DNA from: Jatrophihabitans sp.
GTDB taxonomy: Bacteria; Actinomycetota; Actinomycetes; Mycobacteriales; Jatrophihabitantaceae
Reading direction: 5' to 3'
DNA: 64,000 nucleotides
NCBI RefSeq assembly: GCF_036389215.1
Contig: NZ_DASVQG010000144.1
Span: 4,300 to 68,299, forward strand
The position numbers and the translations under genes were made by a program. The notes beneath the pieces were generated by a model. It worked only from the letters and a program-made list of their open reading frames with translations. It was not told the DNA's origin and did not search any database. Position 1 is the first letter of the stretch, and each line of letters opens with the position of its first letter. Shown piece after piece: positions 63,945 through 64,000 of this stretch.

Positions 63945-64000
63945 AGACCCCTCGCGTGGCGCTCATCCTGTGAACCTCCCCAGGGCCGGAAGGCAGCAAG
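63945..64000 (+). ncRNA. ffs: SRP RNA (4.5S), truncated by the window end
   Basis: ATCCTGTGAACCTCCCCAGGGCCGGAAGGCAGCAAG contains the conserved SRP helix-8 GGAA loop and the AGCA motif; a TACACT -10-like element lies just upstream. Confidence 0.88.

Overview
64-kb window from a high-GC actinobacterium (coding GC about 70% by eye; the gene order tadA - tRNA-Ser(CGA) ... tRNA-Ser(GGA) ... ffs is typical of Actinomycetota; a Jatrophihabitans/Frankiales-like host is only a guess). Housekeeping genes (tyrA, tadA, deaD, a second DEAD/DEAH helicase, transporters, four tRNAs, SRP RNA) are interleaved with five accessory modules. (1) 1-14012: an NHLP-leader azol(in)e RiPP cluster with a fused C-D cyclodehydratase, SagB-type dehydrogenase, three-gene NHLP exporter, MerR-like regulator and one precursor whose predicted core is LDLSCACCCPCCCTT. 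A second YcaO of the TfuA-associated type, missed by the ORF track, runs off the left edge. (2) 21.8-23.7 kb: a gamma-butyrolactone-type receptor/synthase pair with ARE-like operators. (3) 39.9-46.1 kb: a decaying defence island at tRNA-Ser(GGA) with an MNT-HEPN pair, a doubly frameshifted Shedu nuclease, a TIGR02391-like remnant and a serine-integrase remnant. (4) 50.2-56.3 kb: a translationally coupled nucleotide-modifying operon that I do not recognise as a described pathway: CYTH-like enzyme, dNMP-kinase-like P-loop protein, two dCTP-deaminase-like paralogs that each carry only part of the catalytic set, a PPDK-like phosphotransferase, and a neighbouring MFS. (5) 56.4-63.1 kb: a mau-like (MauE/MauD/MauA-like/MauF-like) disulfide-protein maturation operon with no MauB or MauG in the window. 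The strongest candidates for an undescribed system are (4), (1) and (5). All calls come from reading motifs by eye; no database searches were run.
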